Shown here: positions 55,095-64,000 of the stretch, piece by piece | How positions within the stretch are numbered: the first letter of the stretch is position 1 | Layout of the letters: each line of letters starts with the position of its first letter | Source of the DNA: Alphaproteobacteria bacterium | Lineage (GTDB): Bacteria > Pseudomonadota > Alphaproteobacteria > SMXS01 | NCBI GenBank assembly: GCA_030836535.1 | Contig: JAURPT010000127.1 | Coordinates: 75 to 64,074, forward strand | DNA: 64,000 nucleotides | Direction: 5' to 3' | Notes under the pieces: model-generated | Told to the model about the DNA's origin: nothing | Databases searched by the model: none | What the model saw: only the letters and a program-made list of their open reading frames with translations | Translations under genes and position numbers: made by a program

Positions 55095-56036
55095 CTACGC
55101 CCCTACGCCGGGTACAACCAGCGTTTCCAAATGGGCACGACGATCATCGGGAATAGAGACGACTTTGCGCTCCTTCAGGTCGAGCGTAATAGCGACCGCT
55201 TCTGTTGAGCAGGCCAGCTCACCTGTGGTGCCATTGAACACCCAATGGGCCAGTGTATTGGCCTTGTCGCCTACATGCTTGAGGGCAGAGCGCACCACCA
55301 CCAGGTCTCCCAGTTCCAGCTCCTTGTGATAGCAAAGGCGATATTCCAGCACCGCGCCACCATATTTGGTCAGGCTGCGCTCCTTGCCGGTATCCACCGG
55401 GCGCATGAAGCGAGAAAAATGCACAACCGCATCTGAAATGCGGCCCATATAATTTTCACTGCGCAGGATGCCGTATTCATCGCAATCACGCACACCGATC
55501 TGGCCGAGGCCAATCTCGTTGAGGCCCATCTTTTCAGCGTCATCGAGCGTATAACCTTTGCCCGCTGCAATGCTGGGGACACCCAGGTCAATGGAACGCG
55601 GCTGTGCGTGCTTGGGTAGTTCAACCAACTGTTCAGAAGCCGTCGCGACAAAGGCATCCGGCAGGGTCATGGCCTCGCCACTTTCAAGGTCCTGCAACTC
55701 GAACACCGAGTTGTAGGTGGCGCTGGGTGTATCGGAATGGAAGTTCACCAATTCGCAATAGAGCCGGACGGATTGAGCATCAACCGACAGCACCCCTGCC
55801 CGACCCAGAATAGCCGCGCCCGGATGAAACTCCCGCAGATAGCGGATATGCTGGTCCTTCAGCACCAGACGTGCGCCCATGCCCTCGAGCACGCCAAGTC
55901 CCAGGCCAAGACGATGCGTCAGAACACCGAGGCCTTCGTTCACCTTGGCGGTGTAGTTCCGCACATTCAGGTGACCGTTTTCGTCACATTCCCAGGTATT
56001 GGCATTGCCGCGATAGACTTCCTGCAGGTCGCTCAT
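55095..56036 (-). CDS. Tandem hotdog-fold thioesterase family protein
   Basis: Two YbgC/4HBT-like repeats are present: WECDENGHLNVRNY in the first half and DCDEYGILRSENY in the second. Confidence 0.65.
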   Translation of the reverse strand: MSDLQEVYRGNANTWECDENGHLNVRNYTAKVNEGLGVLTHRLGLGLGVLEGMGARLVLKDQHIRYLREFHPGAAILGRAGVLSVDAQSVRLYCELVNFHSDTPSATYNSVFELQDLESGEAMTLPDAFVATASEQLVELPKHAQPRSIDLGVPSIAAGKGYTLDDAEKMGLNEIGLGQIGVRDCDEYGILRSENYMGRISDAVVHFSRFMRPVDTGKERSLTKYGGAVLEYRLCYHKELELGDLVVVRSALKHVGDKANTLAHWVFNGTTGELACSTEAVAITLDLKERKVVSIPDDRRAHLETLVVPGVGA

Positions 56037-56189
56037 GGTCGCTTCCGTGATTCATTCTTGTTGGCAACGGGTTTAGACGGAGAGACGACGCAAGTAAAGG
56101 CGTGCGGCAGGCCTTCCTCTTGCGACTTCTGATTTGTTTGCCTAGGCTGACGTCAACCCGAAAGGGAAACCAAAATAAAGGGACGATAA

Positions 56190-56708
56190 ATGGCTGACGA
56201 ATATGCCGACGATTACGAAAATGTTGCCCAGTACACGCTGGACGACCCGATGGAAGAAGAGTTGCTGACCAAGCAGCGTGAGCTTGTCTACATGTGGACG
56301 ACCAAAGCAGGAGAGCCTGTCGGCGTGATCCAGAGCTTTTTGTACCACGAAGGCAAATTCTGGATGACATGCGCGGAATTCCGCAAGCGCGTTCCCGCAG
56401 TTCGGCGCGACCCACGCTCCGCCGTCTGTGTGACCAGTACCGGCACCGACATGGGCCCGGGCAAGACTGTCACCTACAAGGGTGAAACCATCGTGCACGG
56501 CGTTGATGACCGTGAAACAAAAGACTGGTTCTACCGCGCCTTTGCCACGCAGCTCTGGAAAGAGGCTGGCCAGGAATATATCGACCGCTTTGTTGAATAT
56601 CTGGATTCACCAAGCCGCGTTGTGCTGGAATTCATCCCCGGCAAACGCATTGGTTATGACGGCGCCAAAATGGCTGCGGCCACACGCCCCGTTGAAAGCG
56701 AAAGCTAA
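56190..56708 (+). CDS. Pyridoxamine-5'-phosphate-oxidase-like (PPOX / split-barrel flavin or deazaflavin-binding) family protein
   Basis: 172 aa. The size and beta-barrel-type sequence pattern fit, and it lies next to the F420 genes. The assignment rests on weak pattern recognition. Confidence 0.5.
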   Translation: MADEYADDYENVAQYTLDDPMEEELLTKQRELVYMWTTKAGEPVGVIQSFLYHEGKFWMTCAEFRKRVPAVRRDPRSAVCVTSTGTDMGPGKTVTYKGETIVHGVDDRETKDWFYRAFATQLWKEAGQEYIDRFVEYLDSPSRVVLEFIPGKRIGYDGAKMAAATRPVESES

Positions 56709-56718
56709 GACCTGAGTC

Positions 56719-57690
56719 TTAAGACCTTAGGTCTTTAACGAAACTTAAAGCGACCTGTGCCAATTCGGTACGGTCGCTTTCTGTTTGCATGACCGACTGT
56801 GCCAGTCTGGTGGCCACACCGGTGGCCGCAACTACAGCTTCCGATGCCGCGTCTGTTTCATCAATAATGAAACCATCCAGCAGGTCGCCATAGTGATGCG
56901 CCACCTGCAAAGCAGAGACTTCCATATTCAGCTCGGCCATCATCTTGGCCGTGGGGCCTTTGATTGCCTCGCCCCCAACAATGGGTGACACGGCGACAAC
57001 AGGCGCGTCGTGGTTTTTCAGCGCAGCCCGAACACCGGGGATCGCCAATATGGGATCGACACTCAAAAACGGGTTGGACGGGCAGATGATAATCGCCTCA
57101 ACAGAGGGGTCATCCAGCGCGCGGGCAAAAGCCGGGCTGGGTGATGCATCTGCTGCACCGGCAAAACGAATACCGGTAACAACTGGTTCACAACGTTCGC
57201 GCACAAAATAGTGCTGGAACGCCAAGTCACCATTTTCCGTCTCTACAATGGTCGGAATATGGCTGTCGCTCATTGGAACAATCTGCGGGCCAATGTCCAA
57301 CGTCGCCGCATTACCTGCCGTAATCTGGCTCAAGGTTTCCCCCGCATCAAGGCGGCGGGTGCGCTCCACATGGATGGCGAGGTCTTTGTCCCCCAGTGAG
57401 AACCAGTCTTCCCCGCCAAGCTGGCGCAGCGAGTCCATAAATTGCCAGGTTTCCCCTTCCCGGCCCCAGCCGGTTTCAGGGTTCGCCAGGCCAGACAGCG
57501 TATAGGTGACTGTATCAATGTCCGGTGAGACATGCAGGCCAAGATGGCGGAAGTCATCACCCGTATTGGTCACCACCATCAACTGGTCGCCAGGCACAAC
57601 TTTGGACAGGCCCAGGGCCAGTTTGGCACCGCCAACACCGCCGCAAATGGCCATGACCTTTTTGGCGCCGCTCATCGGACCACCACTCAT
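56719..57690 (-). CDS. cofD: 2-phospho-L-lactate (or analogue) transferase, F420 biosynthesis
   Basis: The segment VMAICGGVGGAKLALGL and the CofD/UPF0052 fold pattern are present. It overlaps cofE by 4 nt. Confidence 0.9.
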   Translation of the reverse strand: MSGGPMSGAKKVMAICGGVGGAKLALGLSKVVPGDQLMVVTNTGDDFRHLGLHVSPDIDTVTYTLSGLANPETGWGREGETWQFMDSLRQLGGEDWFSLGDKDLAIHVERTRRLDAGETLSQITAGNAATLDIGPQIVPMSDSHIPTIVETENGDLAFQHYFVRERCEPVVTGIRFAGAADASPSPAFARALDDPSVEAIIICPSNPFLSVDPILAIPGVRAALKNHDAPVVAVSPIVGGEAIKGPTAKMMAELNMEVSALQVAHHYGDLLDGFIIDETDAASEAVVAATGVATRLAQSVMQTESDRTELAQVALSFVKDLRS

Positions 57691-58451
57691 CGGAAAAGAT
57701 CCTCTTCTTTCTTACGGATCAACACTGAGCTGGGCCTGTCTGTACGCGGATAAGAAAGCCCCCGCACAATGGCAGCGGGAATAGCCTCTGTTGCCTCACC
57801 CATCACCAGATTGGCAGCAGCTGCCACCTGGTCTGCCAAGGCAATTTCCGTGACTTCGAGCGTATGGCCGAACATATCGACATCACCCCGCTGGTCGTCC
57901 AGCGGTTCCAGCCCCGCACAACCAATGGCCATGGCAGAGGTGCCATAACGCCAGGCGCGACCTACGCTGTCAGCAATGACAACCGCGATTGTCTTGCCGC
58001 TTTGTTCAACAAACTGGTCACGCAATGCACGGGCCGAGACGTCAGAATCGAGCGGTAACAGCAGCGCGTTATCGTCGCCTTCACCCCGGTCGATGTTAGA
58101 GCGGTCGATACCCGCATTGGCCATGACGATGCCTGTAAAGGCTTCAACAATCAGCACATTGGGGCCGGTACGCACCACGTCGTTGGACTGGCTAAGTACC
58201 ATTTCCACAAAGTCGGGCTCTTTGCCGGTTTCCTCCGCGATGGCATGCGCCTGGGCGGAAGGCTCCATGTCGGAAAGACGGGCAAACCGCCCCTCCGACT
58301 TGGAGATAATCTTCTGGGCAAGCACCAGGATATCATCTTCCTGGAAAGACAGGTCGGCCTTGGCCATTGCCTCGTTGATAATGGCGACAAGGTCATCACC
58401 AGGCTGCACCATCGGCAGGTCGGGGATGGGGAGTACCGTCAGATTGCCCAT
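57687..58451 (-). CDS. cofE: Coenzyme F420-0:L-glutamate ligase, single-domain CofE type
   Basis: The segments DDILVLAQKIISKSEGR and ANAGID.SN are present. At 254 aa it has no C-terminal nitroreductase-like FbiB domain. Confidence 0.9.
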   Translation of the reverse strand: MGNLTVLPIPDLPMVQPGDDLVAIINEAMAKADLSFQEDDILVLAQKIISKSEGRFARLSDMEPSAQAHAIAEETGKEPDFVEMVLSQSNDVVRTGPNVLIVEAFTGIVMANAGIDRSNIDRGEGDDNALLLPLDSDVSARALRDQFVEQSGKTIAVVIADSVGRAWRYGTSAMAIGCAGLEPLDDQRGDVDMFGHTLEVTEIALADQVAAAANLVMGEATEAIPAAIVRGLSYPRTDRPSSVLIRKKEEDLFR

Positions 58452-58463
58452 GTGAGCGCAGCC

Positions 58464-59141
58464 TTAATCAGCAGTGCCAGGTTCGCCGGTAATGCGAATG
58501 CCAGAACCACCGGCAATCTTGTAGCGGCGATTAATGTGGATCAGCAGCGAGGTCAGGGCTTCTGCAGCAGTGGAGTTCGCCAGCGGGCCAGCATGCCAAC
58601 CCTTGAGGCCGGCATCTTCAACCAGGCCGATCACAACTTCACGGGCATCCGGGTCGTTACCAGCAACCAGCACGTCGCATTCGATAGCATGGTCTGTCTG
58701 CAAGTGAGCAGCACCCACATTCTGGAAGGCAGCCACAACCATGACGCCCTCACCCACAAAGTTCTGGGCCTTCACAGCAGCAGAATCTTCTTCCGGCAGC
58801 TGAACCGTGCCCACTTTTGGCGGCATCAGCGGCACAGTGGCGTCGATCAGGATTTTGCCGTCAATACCAGCCTGGATAGCTTCCAGCATCGGCTGCTGGT
58901 TGGAAAACGGTACGGTCAGGCACACCAGGTCTGCAGTTGCAGCGGCAGCGCCATTTTCCTGGCCGGTCACAGTATCGATGCCGAGAGATGCGTTCAATTC
59001 GGCAGCGGCTGCTTCAGCTTTTTCATTCGTGCGTGAACCGATAATGACATTGTGACCGGACATGGCCCAACGACGGGCCAGGCCGCCACCAAGGTCGCCC
59101 GTGCCGCCAATAACGGCAATTGTATGTGTAGTCTTGCTCAC
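58464..59141 (-). CDS. npdG: NADPH-dependent F420 reductase (Fno/NpdG)
   Basis: The Rossmann segment is IAVIGGTGDLGGGLARRWAMSGHNVIIGSR. 225 aa. The start is GTG with an AGGAG SD. Confidence 0.85.
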   Translation of the reverse strand: MSKTTHTIAVIGGTGDLGGGLARRWAMSGHNVIIGSRTNEKAEAAAAELNASLGIDTVTGQENGAAAATADLVCLTVPFSNQQPMLEAIQAGIDGKILIDATVPLMPPKVGTVQLPEEDSAAVKAQNFVGEGVMVVAAFQNVGAAHLQTDHAIECDVLVAGNDPDAREVVIGLVEDAGLKGWHAGPLANSTAAEALTSLLIHINRRYKIAGGSGIRITGEPGTAD

Positions 59142-59343
59142 AGTTTACTCCTGCAAAGGGTTTTGATTCGTTGCGCATGGTTTAGCAGGTTCAACCGCTA
59201 TGGAACACTCGTTATTGAGTGAATATTCCTGATTGCCTCAAGACTGGTGGCCCACATCATTCTGTGCCAGATTGTCACCACATGATTCAGGCCGCCATGC
59301 CGAGGGGAGCAGCGGTCGTCCAGGCTTTTGAAAGGAAAAGACG

Positions 59344-60321
59344 ATGAAACTCGGGTTCAACATGCCGCAGTTGACGGACTGCGTTACCCAGAAGACCATC
59401 CACGACTTCGCCGTTCGCGCAGACGAATTGGGGTACGATTCACTGGTGGTGCAGGATCACTATCTGTATCCGGAAAACCCGATCCAGAGCCACCCCGTGC
59501 AGATGATGGCGTTCGGACCAGAACCCGTGATGCAATGGCCGCAGGCATATGAACACCTGTATGCGCCGCTAGAATCCCTGGCTTACGTCGCGGGCATTAC
59601 CAAAAATATCCGCTTGGGGACGTCCATCCTGGTACTGGCCTATCACCGCCCTGTCATGTTGGCCAAGCGTACCGCCACCATTGATGTACTGTCCAATGGC
59701 CGGCTTGATCTGGGCCTGGGCCTGGGCTGGGCGCGTGAAGAATTCGACCACATGGACACGCCATTCGGCAACAAAGGCTCGCGCGCGACAGATTTCATCC
59801 GCGCGATGAAAGCCGCCTGGGCCGATAACCCAACCGAATATAGCGGCGAATATTTCAATTTCCCGAAAGGCTCTACCAGCCCGAAACCTGTTCAGCAGGA
59901 CCTGGACGGCAACACGGCTGTGCCCATTATGGGTGCCTTTAACAGTGAGCCGGGCCGTGACCGTTTGGCAGAGCTGTGTGACATCTGGCATCCGGCTGGC
60001 CTGCCTGCCGACATGGCCATGATGCTGCTGGAGCAGGTCAACCAACTGGCATCAGAGAAATATAATCGTGGCCCCTTAGCCATGAATTTGCGTGTCTTTG
60101 CAGCACCCTCCCTGCCCGGCATTGGCCCGGTTGGCGACCAGCTGATGCCCAGCTGGATGGGCGGGATCGAAGACATGCTGCCTTTGATCAAGCAGTGCAA
60201 GGATGCCGGTGTGCACGAAGTGACCATCGACACCAGCTTCACCGCTGAAATCAACACGGAAGAAGCCTGGCTGCAGATCCCTGACTTCTTCGCGCCGCTG
60301 CTGGAAGAAGCGCACAAGTAA
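59344..60321 (+). CDS. LLM-class oxidoreductase, probably F420-dependent and Rv2161c-like
   Basis: The segments LGTSILVLAYHRP and GRLDLGLGLGWAREEFDHMDTPFGNKGSRATDFI are typical of that subgroup. It is the first gene of the cofC-fbiC operon. Confidence 0.8.
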   Translation: MKLGFNMPQLTDCVTQKTIHDFAVRADELGYDSLVVQDHYLYPENPIQSHPVQMMAFGPEPVMQWPQAYEHLYAPLESLAYVAGITKNIRLGTSILVLAYHRPVMLAKRTATIDVLSNGRLDLGLGLGWAREEFDHMDTPFGNKGSRATDFIRAMKAAWADNPTEYSGEYFNFPKGSTSPKPVQQDLDGNTAVPIMGAFNSEPGRDRLAELCDIWHPAGLPADMAMMLLEQVNQLASEKYNRGPLAMNLRVFAAPSLPGIGPVGDQLMPSWMGGIEDMLPLIKQCKDAGVHEVTIDTSFTAEINTEEAWLQIPDFFAPLLEEAHK

Positions 60322-60348
60322 GCCAGCCAAAGCGGGCAAGGAAGAGTC

Positions 60349-61014
60349 ATGTCAGTCTGGGCATTGTTACCTGTAAAACGGTTGCAGGGGGCAAAGGCGC
60401 GCCTTTCCGACATATTGTCGGAAGAGGAGCGCTCTGCCCTGGCGCGGGCCATGTTGCTTGATGTCATTGCCGCGCTGAAAGTGGCCAACAGGGTCGATGT
60501 GGTTGCTCTCGTCACAGATGACGAAGACGCCATTCAAATAGCGCAAGACAATGGCTGCCAGGCAATCGCAGAGCCTGAGCTTAAGGGGTTGAACCCGGCG
60601 CTGTCTCATGGGTTGAGCCATGCCATCAGCAAGGGGGCAACCAGCGCCCTGATCCTTCATGGAGATGTTCCTCTTGCAAAGGCGGAGGAAATTGACGAAC
60701 TCGTTGGCTTTGTCCAAGGCGTGTATAGCGTGGCAATCGGGACTGCGGCCTCAGACGGCGGCACTAATGGCATGGCTCTGTGCCCGCCGGATTGCCTGCC
60801 GCTGATGTACGGCGTGGACAGTGCAGCCAAACATGTCACCGCCGCCGACGATCTGGAATTACTCGTGACACACCTTGAAATGGACGGGTTGGGTCTCGAT
60901 ATAGACCAACCGGACGACCTGCAGGCTTTTCTCGAGCGCGCAGAACAGGGACATACGCTTGATTATTTACTGGCAACAGGCTTGGACAAGCGGCTAAAAG
61001 AACGTACGACGTAA
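60349..61014 (+). CDS. cofC: 2-phospho-L-lactate / PEP guanylyltransferase (CofC/FbiD)
   Basis: The N-terminus is WALLPVKRLQGAKARLS. It has a nucleotidyltransferase fold and is 221 aa. Confidence 0.8.
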   Translation: MSVWALLPVKRLQGAKARLSDILSEEERSALARAMLLDVIAALKVANRVDVVALVTDDEDAIQIAQDNGCQAIAEPELKGLNPALSHGLSHAISKGATSALILHGDVPLAKAEEIDELVGFVQGVYSVAIGTAASDGGTNGMALCPPDCLPLMYGVDSAAKHVTAADDLELLVTHLEMDGLGLDIDQPDDLQAFLERAEQGHTLDYLLATGLDKRLKERTT

Positions 61015-61069
61015 GGGACGCCCAACCCAGTGTGCAAAAGCACCCCGGGGCGAAACGGAAAGAGCGACA

Positions 61070-63496
61070 GTGAACCGCGAAATTGTATCCATATTGGACC
61101 GTCTGGCGACGGGCCACAGGCCGAGCCATGAAGAAGCCCTGGCTCTTGTTGACCATGCCGACACGTCAGAACTGATGCGGCTTGCCGCCAGCCTGCGCGA
61201 CAGGGGCCATGGCCGCATCATTTCCTATTCCAAGAATGTCTTCATTCCGCTGACACATCTGTGTCGCGACGTTTGCCATTATTGTACCTTCGCCCACCCC
61301 CCTAAAAAGGGTGAGGCTGTCTTCATGCCGATGGAGGAAATCCTCGAGATTGCCCGCAAGGGTGCTGAGGCCGGCTGCAAGGAAGCCCTGTTTACCCTGG
61401 GCGACAAGCCGGAACTGCGCTATCGCGCCTCCCGCGAGGCGCTGGCCGAATTGGGCCATGAAACAACTCTGTCCTACCTGGCAGAAGCCGCAGAGACCGT
61501 TTACCGCGAAACAGGGCTTTTGCCGCATTTGAACCCCGGCGTGATGACCGCTGAAGATCTGGCCATGTTGCGCAAGGTCTCTGTTTCTATGGGGATTATG
61601 TTAGAGACGGCGTCCGGCCGCCTGTCCGAGAAGGGCATGCCGCATTACGGGTCGCCCGACAAGGAACCGACTATTCGGCTGGACACCATCCGCCTGGCCG
61701 GTGAAGCGAAAATTCCGTTCACCTCAGGCATCCTGATCGGTATTGGCGAAACCCGCCGCGAACGCATCGAAAGCCTGCTTGAGCTGCGCGACCTGCATGA
61801 TGAACATGGCCATATTCAAGAAATCATCATCCAGAATTTTCGCCGCAAGCCCGGCACCAAGATGGAAAATGCGGCTGAGCCGTCACTGGAAGACTATCAG
61901 TGGACACTGGCCATGAGCCGCATCATCTTCGGGCCGGAAATGAACATTCAGGCACCGCCGAACCTCAGCCCCGATGATCTGGGCGCTTTGCTGGATACCG
62001 GCATTTCTGACTGGGGCGGCGTGTCGCCCATTACGCCGGACTTTGTAAATCCCGAGGCTCCATGGCCACATCTGCAGAAACTGCGCGATGATACAGCCGC
62101 CAAGGGTTTTGACATGGCCGAACGTCTGGCGACGTATCCATCCTATCTGGATGACAAGGCCAATTGGGTCGACGAAGATCTGCACACCAATGTGCTGCAC
62201 CTGAGTGACGGTGAAGGCTTTGCCCGCGAAGAAATCTGGTCACCAGGCGCTGAGCTGGAGCCCCCGCAGAATATCATCGACCTGATTGCCCATGGCCCCG
62301 ATGCCAAGCCAAGCCTGCACATCGGCCAGCTGATCGAACGGGCGACAGCGGGTGAACGGCTCGGTGAAAAAGAAGTCGCCGACCTGTTCCGCGCACGCGG
62401 GGAAGACTTCAGCGCCATCTGCCACGCCGCCAACACGCTGCGCCAACAGGTCAATGGCGACACGGTCAGCTATGTGGTGAACCGCAACATCAACTACACC
62501 AATGTGTGCTACTTCAAGTGCCAGTTCTGCGCCTTCTCCAAAGGCAAGATGAGCGAGAGCCTGCGCGGCGACCCCTATGTATTAGGGTTGGATGAGATCA
62601 AACGTCGCGTGCAGGAAGCCTGGTCACGAGGGGCCACCGAAGTCTGCCTGCAGGGAGGTATTCACCCCCGCTATACGGGCCAGCACTATATCGACATCGT
62701 AAAGGCGGTGAAGGAAGTCTGCCCGGACATGCATATCCACGCCTTTACGCCGCTGGAAGTATGGCAGGGGGCTGAGACGCTGGGCATTACTGTTCGCGAA
62801 TTCCTGCAGCAGCTGCAGGATGCCGGTCTGGGCACCTTGCCCGGCACAGCCGCTGAAATTCTCGACGATGAAATTCGCGCCATCATCTGCGACGACAAAA
62901 TCAACACCGCCCAATGGCTCGAGGTGATGAATACAGCGCATGAGCTGAACTACCACACGACCTCGACCGCCATGTACGGCCATGTAGAAGGCCCCATCAA
63001 TTGGGCACGTCATTTGCTCGTGCTCCGCGACCAGCAGGAAAAGACGGGTGGGTTCACCGAATTCGTACCCCTGCCCTTCGTGCATATGGAAGCGCCCATC
63101 TATCTGAAGGGTAATGCCCGCAGAGGTCCTACTTTCCGTGAGGCAGTCCTGATGCATGCTGTTGCCCGTCTGGTGCTGCATGGTCAGATTTCCAACATCC
63201 AGACCAGCTGGGTCAAAATGGGACCCAAAGGCGTAGAAGCCTGCCTGAATGCCGGCGCCAATGATGTTGGCGGCACGCTGATGAACGAGACCATTACCCG
63301 TTCAGCCGGGGCATCCCACGGCCAGGAAATGCCGCCGCATAGCATGGAAGAGTTGATCCGCAGCCAGAGCCGTACGCCCCGGCAACGCCTGACGACCTAT
63401 GATGACGCCCCGGAAGAACGCACGCAGCGGTCCTTCCAGGCTGCCCCGCTGGAAGAGTTGGGCTTTACCCACGCCAAGGAATTTGCACGCGGATAA
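61070..63496 (+). CDS. fbiC: Bifunctional FO synthase (fused CofG + CofH radical-SAM domains)
   Basis: 808 aa. Two radical-SAM CxxxCxxC motifs are present, CRDVCHYC and CYFKCQFC. The start is GTG 61070. Confidence 0.95.
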   Translation: MNREIVSILDRLATGHRPSHEEALALVDHADTSELMRLAASLRDRGHGRIISYSKNVFIPLTHLCRDVCHYCTFAHPPKKGEAVFMPMEEILEIARKGAEAGCKEALFTLGDKPELRYRASREALAELGHETTLSYLAEAAETVYRETGLLPHLNPGVMTAEDLAMLRKVSVSMGIMLETASGRLSEKGMPHYGSPDKEPTIRLDTIRLAGEAKIPFTSGILIGIGETRRERIESLLELRDLHDEHGHIQEIIIQNFRRKPGTKMENAAEPSLEDYQWTLAMSRIIFGPEMNIQAPPNLSPDDLGALLDTGISDWGGVSPITPDFVNPEAPWPHLQKLRDDTAAKGFDMAERLATYPSYLDDKANWVDEDLHTNVLHLSDGEGFAREEIWSPGAELEPPQNIIDLIAHGPDAKPSLHIGQLIERATAGERLGEKEVADLFRARGEDFSAICHAANTLRQQVNGDTVSYVVNRNINYTNVCYFKCQFCAFSKGKMSESLRGDPYVLGLDEIKRRVQEAWSRGATEVCLQGGIHPRYTGQHYIDIVKAVKEVCPDMHIHAFTPLEVWQGAETLGITVREFLQQLQDAGLGTLPGTAAEILDDEIRAIICDDKINTAQWLEVMNTAHELNYHTTSTAMYGHVEGPINWARHLLVLRDQQEKTGGFTEFVPLPFVHMEAPIYLKGNARRGPTFREAVLMHAVARLVLHGQISNIQTSWVKMGPKGVEACLNAGANDVGGTLMNETITRSAGASHGQEMPPHSMEELIRSQSRTPRQRLTTYDDAPEERTQRSFQAAPLEELGFTHAKEFARG

Positions 63497-63499
63497 GAT

Positions 63500-63970
63500 T
63501 TAGCCGTTTGCCGCGCTGATCGCTGCAGCGCGTTTGGCTTGGTCTTTCTTGATGTTTTCGAAGTGGTCACGCACCTGCAAGATCACCTTGGAGAGCACTT
63601 TGCGCAGGGCGTCGGGATACTGTTCACCTTTGTAATTGTCCGGGTGGCACCGGAGAATGTAGTTGCGATACACCGCTTCTATAGAGTCCATGCTGTCGTC
63701 ACGGCTGATGCCAAAAGCTGCGTAGGGCCCATGGGCCGAGGCCATGGCTGATACATTCACAATCCCAAACACTTCAGCAACTGTTGACTTCGCAATCAAC
63801 GTGTCATGCCCGTCGAGATACTGAAACGGCAGGAAGGCACGATTGTCGTTGAAGGTGTCCTGCAACCGGCTGTTACGCACCGTGTAAAGGTAGCCATAGA
63901 CCACCTTGCCGGACGTCTTTTCCTGTTCTACCAGTGGCTTGTCTTTCGACAATTGTTCGTGAAGCGACAT
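63500..63970 (-). CDS. J-domain-like protein with an uncharacterised N-terminal domain
   Basis: The C-terminal half GPYAAFGISRDDSMDSIEAVYRNYILRCHPDNYKG carries an HPD tripeptide in the usual J-domain helix II/III context. I do not recognise the N-terminal part of about 85 aa. Confidence 0.5.
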   Translation of the reverse strand: MSLHEQLSKDKPLVEQEKTSGKVVYGYLYTVRNSRLQDTFNDNRAFLPFQYLDGHDTLIAKSTVAEVFGIVNVSAMASAHGPYAAFGISRDDSMDSIEAVYRNYILRCHPDNYKGEQYPDALRKVLSKVILQVRDHFENIKKDQAKRAAAISAANG

Positions 63971-64000
63971 GGTGCCTTCACTATCATCTACAACCCAACA

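Noticed and set aside
58245-59036. A 263-aa plus-strand ORF, and similar long antisense ORFs at 27758..28477, 33218..33832, 34600..35346, 53655..54269, 31375..31863 and 59892..60533
   Set aside because: Each one overlaps a motif-supported gene on the opposite strand or in another frame. The overlapped genes are npdG, cpaF, the tadG-like genes, the aldolase, the TPR-SPOR gene and the LLM/cofC genes. None shows family motifs. This is typical shadow-frame behaviour in GC-rich coding DNA.
1-64000. Mobile elements, prophage, CRISPR arrays, tRNA or rRNA genes, toxin-antitoxin pairs and known anti-phage defence systems
   Set aside because: No transposase, integrase, recombinase, Cas, reverse transcriptase, nuclease-NTPase or short-repeat array signatures appear in any frame. 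The only compositional anomalies are the short AT-rich pilus-locus leaders. The window reads as core chromosome with metabolic and pilus islands.

Overview
This 64-kb segment looks like core chromosome from a moderately GC-rich Gram-negative genome. Its gene content and Cpa/Tad gene order look alphaproteobacterial, but that is inference because no database search was possible. I can support about 60 protein genes, one cobalamin riboswitch and several hairpin terminators. I found no rRNA, tRNA, CRISPR array, transposase, integrase, phage gene or recognisable defence gene.

Left to right the window contains:
- **1-2923:** an operon of an MtnK-like kinase, a Prs-like enzyme and an AMP/thymidine-phosphorylase-like enzyme.
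- **3121-5265:** an S9 peptidase gene broken by two in-frame stop codons.
- **5329-15623:** mixed metabolism. This covers a carotenoid oxygenase, metY, a histidine phosphatase, an epoxide-hydrolase-like hydrolase, a flavin reductase, a CoA ligase, a cytoplasmic molybdopterin oxidoreductase and an LLM oxidoreductase.
- **15636-21700:** a c-di-GMP signalling block of a multi-PAS hybrid kinase, a REC-EAL protein, a PAS-GGDEF protein and a MarR-family regulator.
- **21701-36824:** a complete Flp/Tad pilus locus preceded by a very AT-rich region. It holds flp, cpaA-F, tadB and tadC, a convergent TPR-SPOR lipoprotein, two tadG-like genes and two tadE-like genes.
- **36821-39765:** a B12 riboswitch followed by btuFCD-like genes.
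- **39858-44495:** an operon of a second 721-aa molybdopterin oxidoreductase plus three SDRs.
- **44747-56708:** an OmpA lipoprotein, mobA, mobB, an IscU-like scaffold and assorted enzymes.
- **56719-63496:** an F420 biosynthesis island with cofD, cofE, npdG, an F420-type LLM, cofC and fbiC.

The best candidates for undescribed biology are all hypotheses from motif reading:
- the partner-less, apparently Asp-ligated Mo-bisPGD enzymes, one of which is co-transcribed with three SDRs
- the phosphorylase/Prs/kinase ribose module
- the F420 island, which lacks a dehydro-F420 reductase domain
- the TPR-SPOR protein in the Tad locus

Start codons are often ambiguous. Where the ORF track began upstream of a better start I trimmed it and say so.
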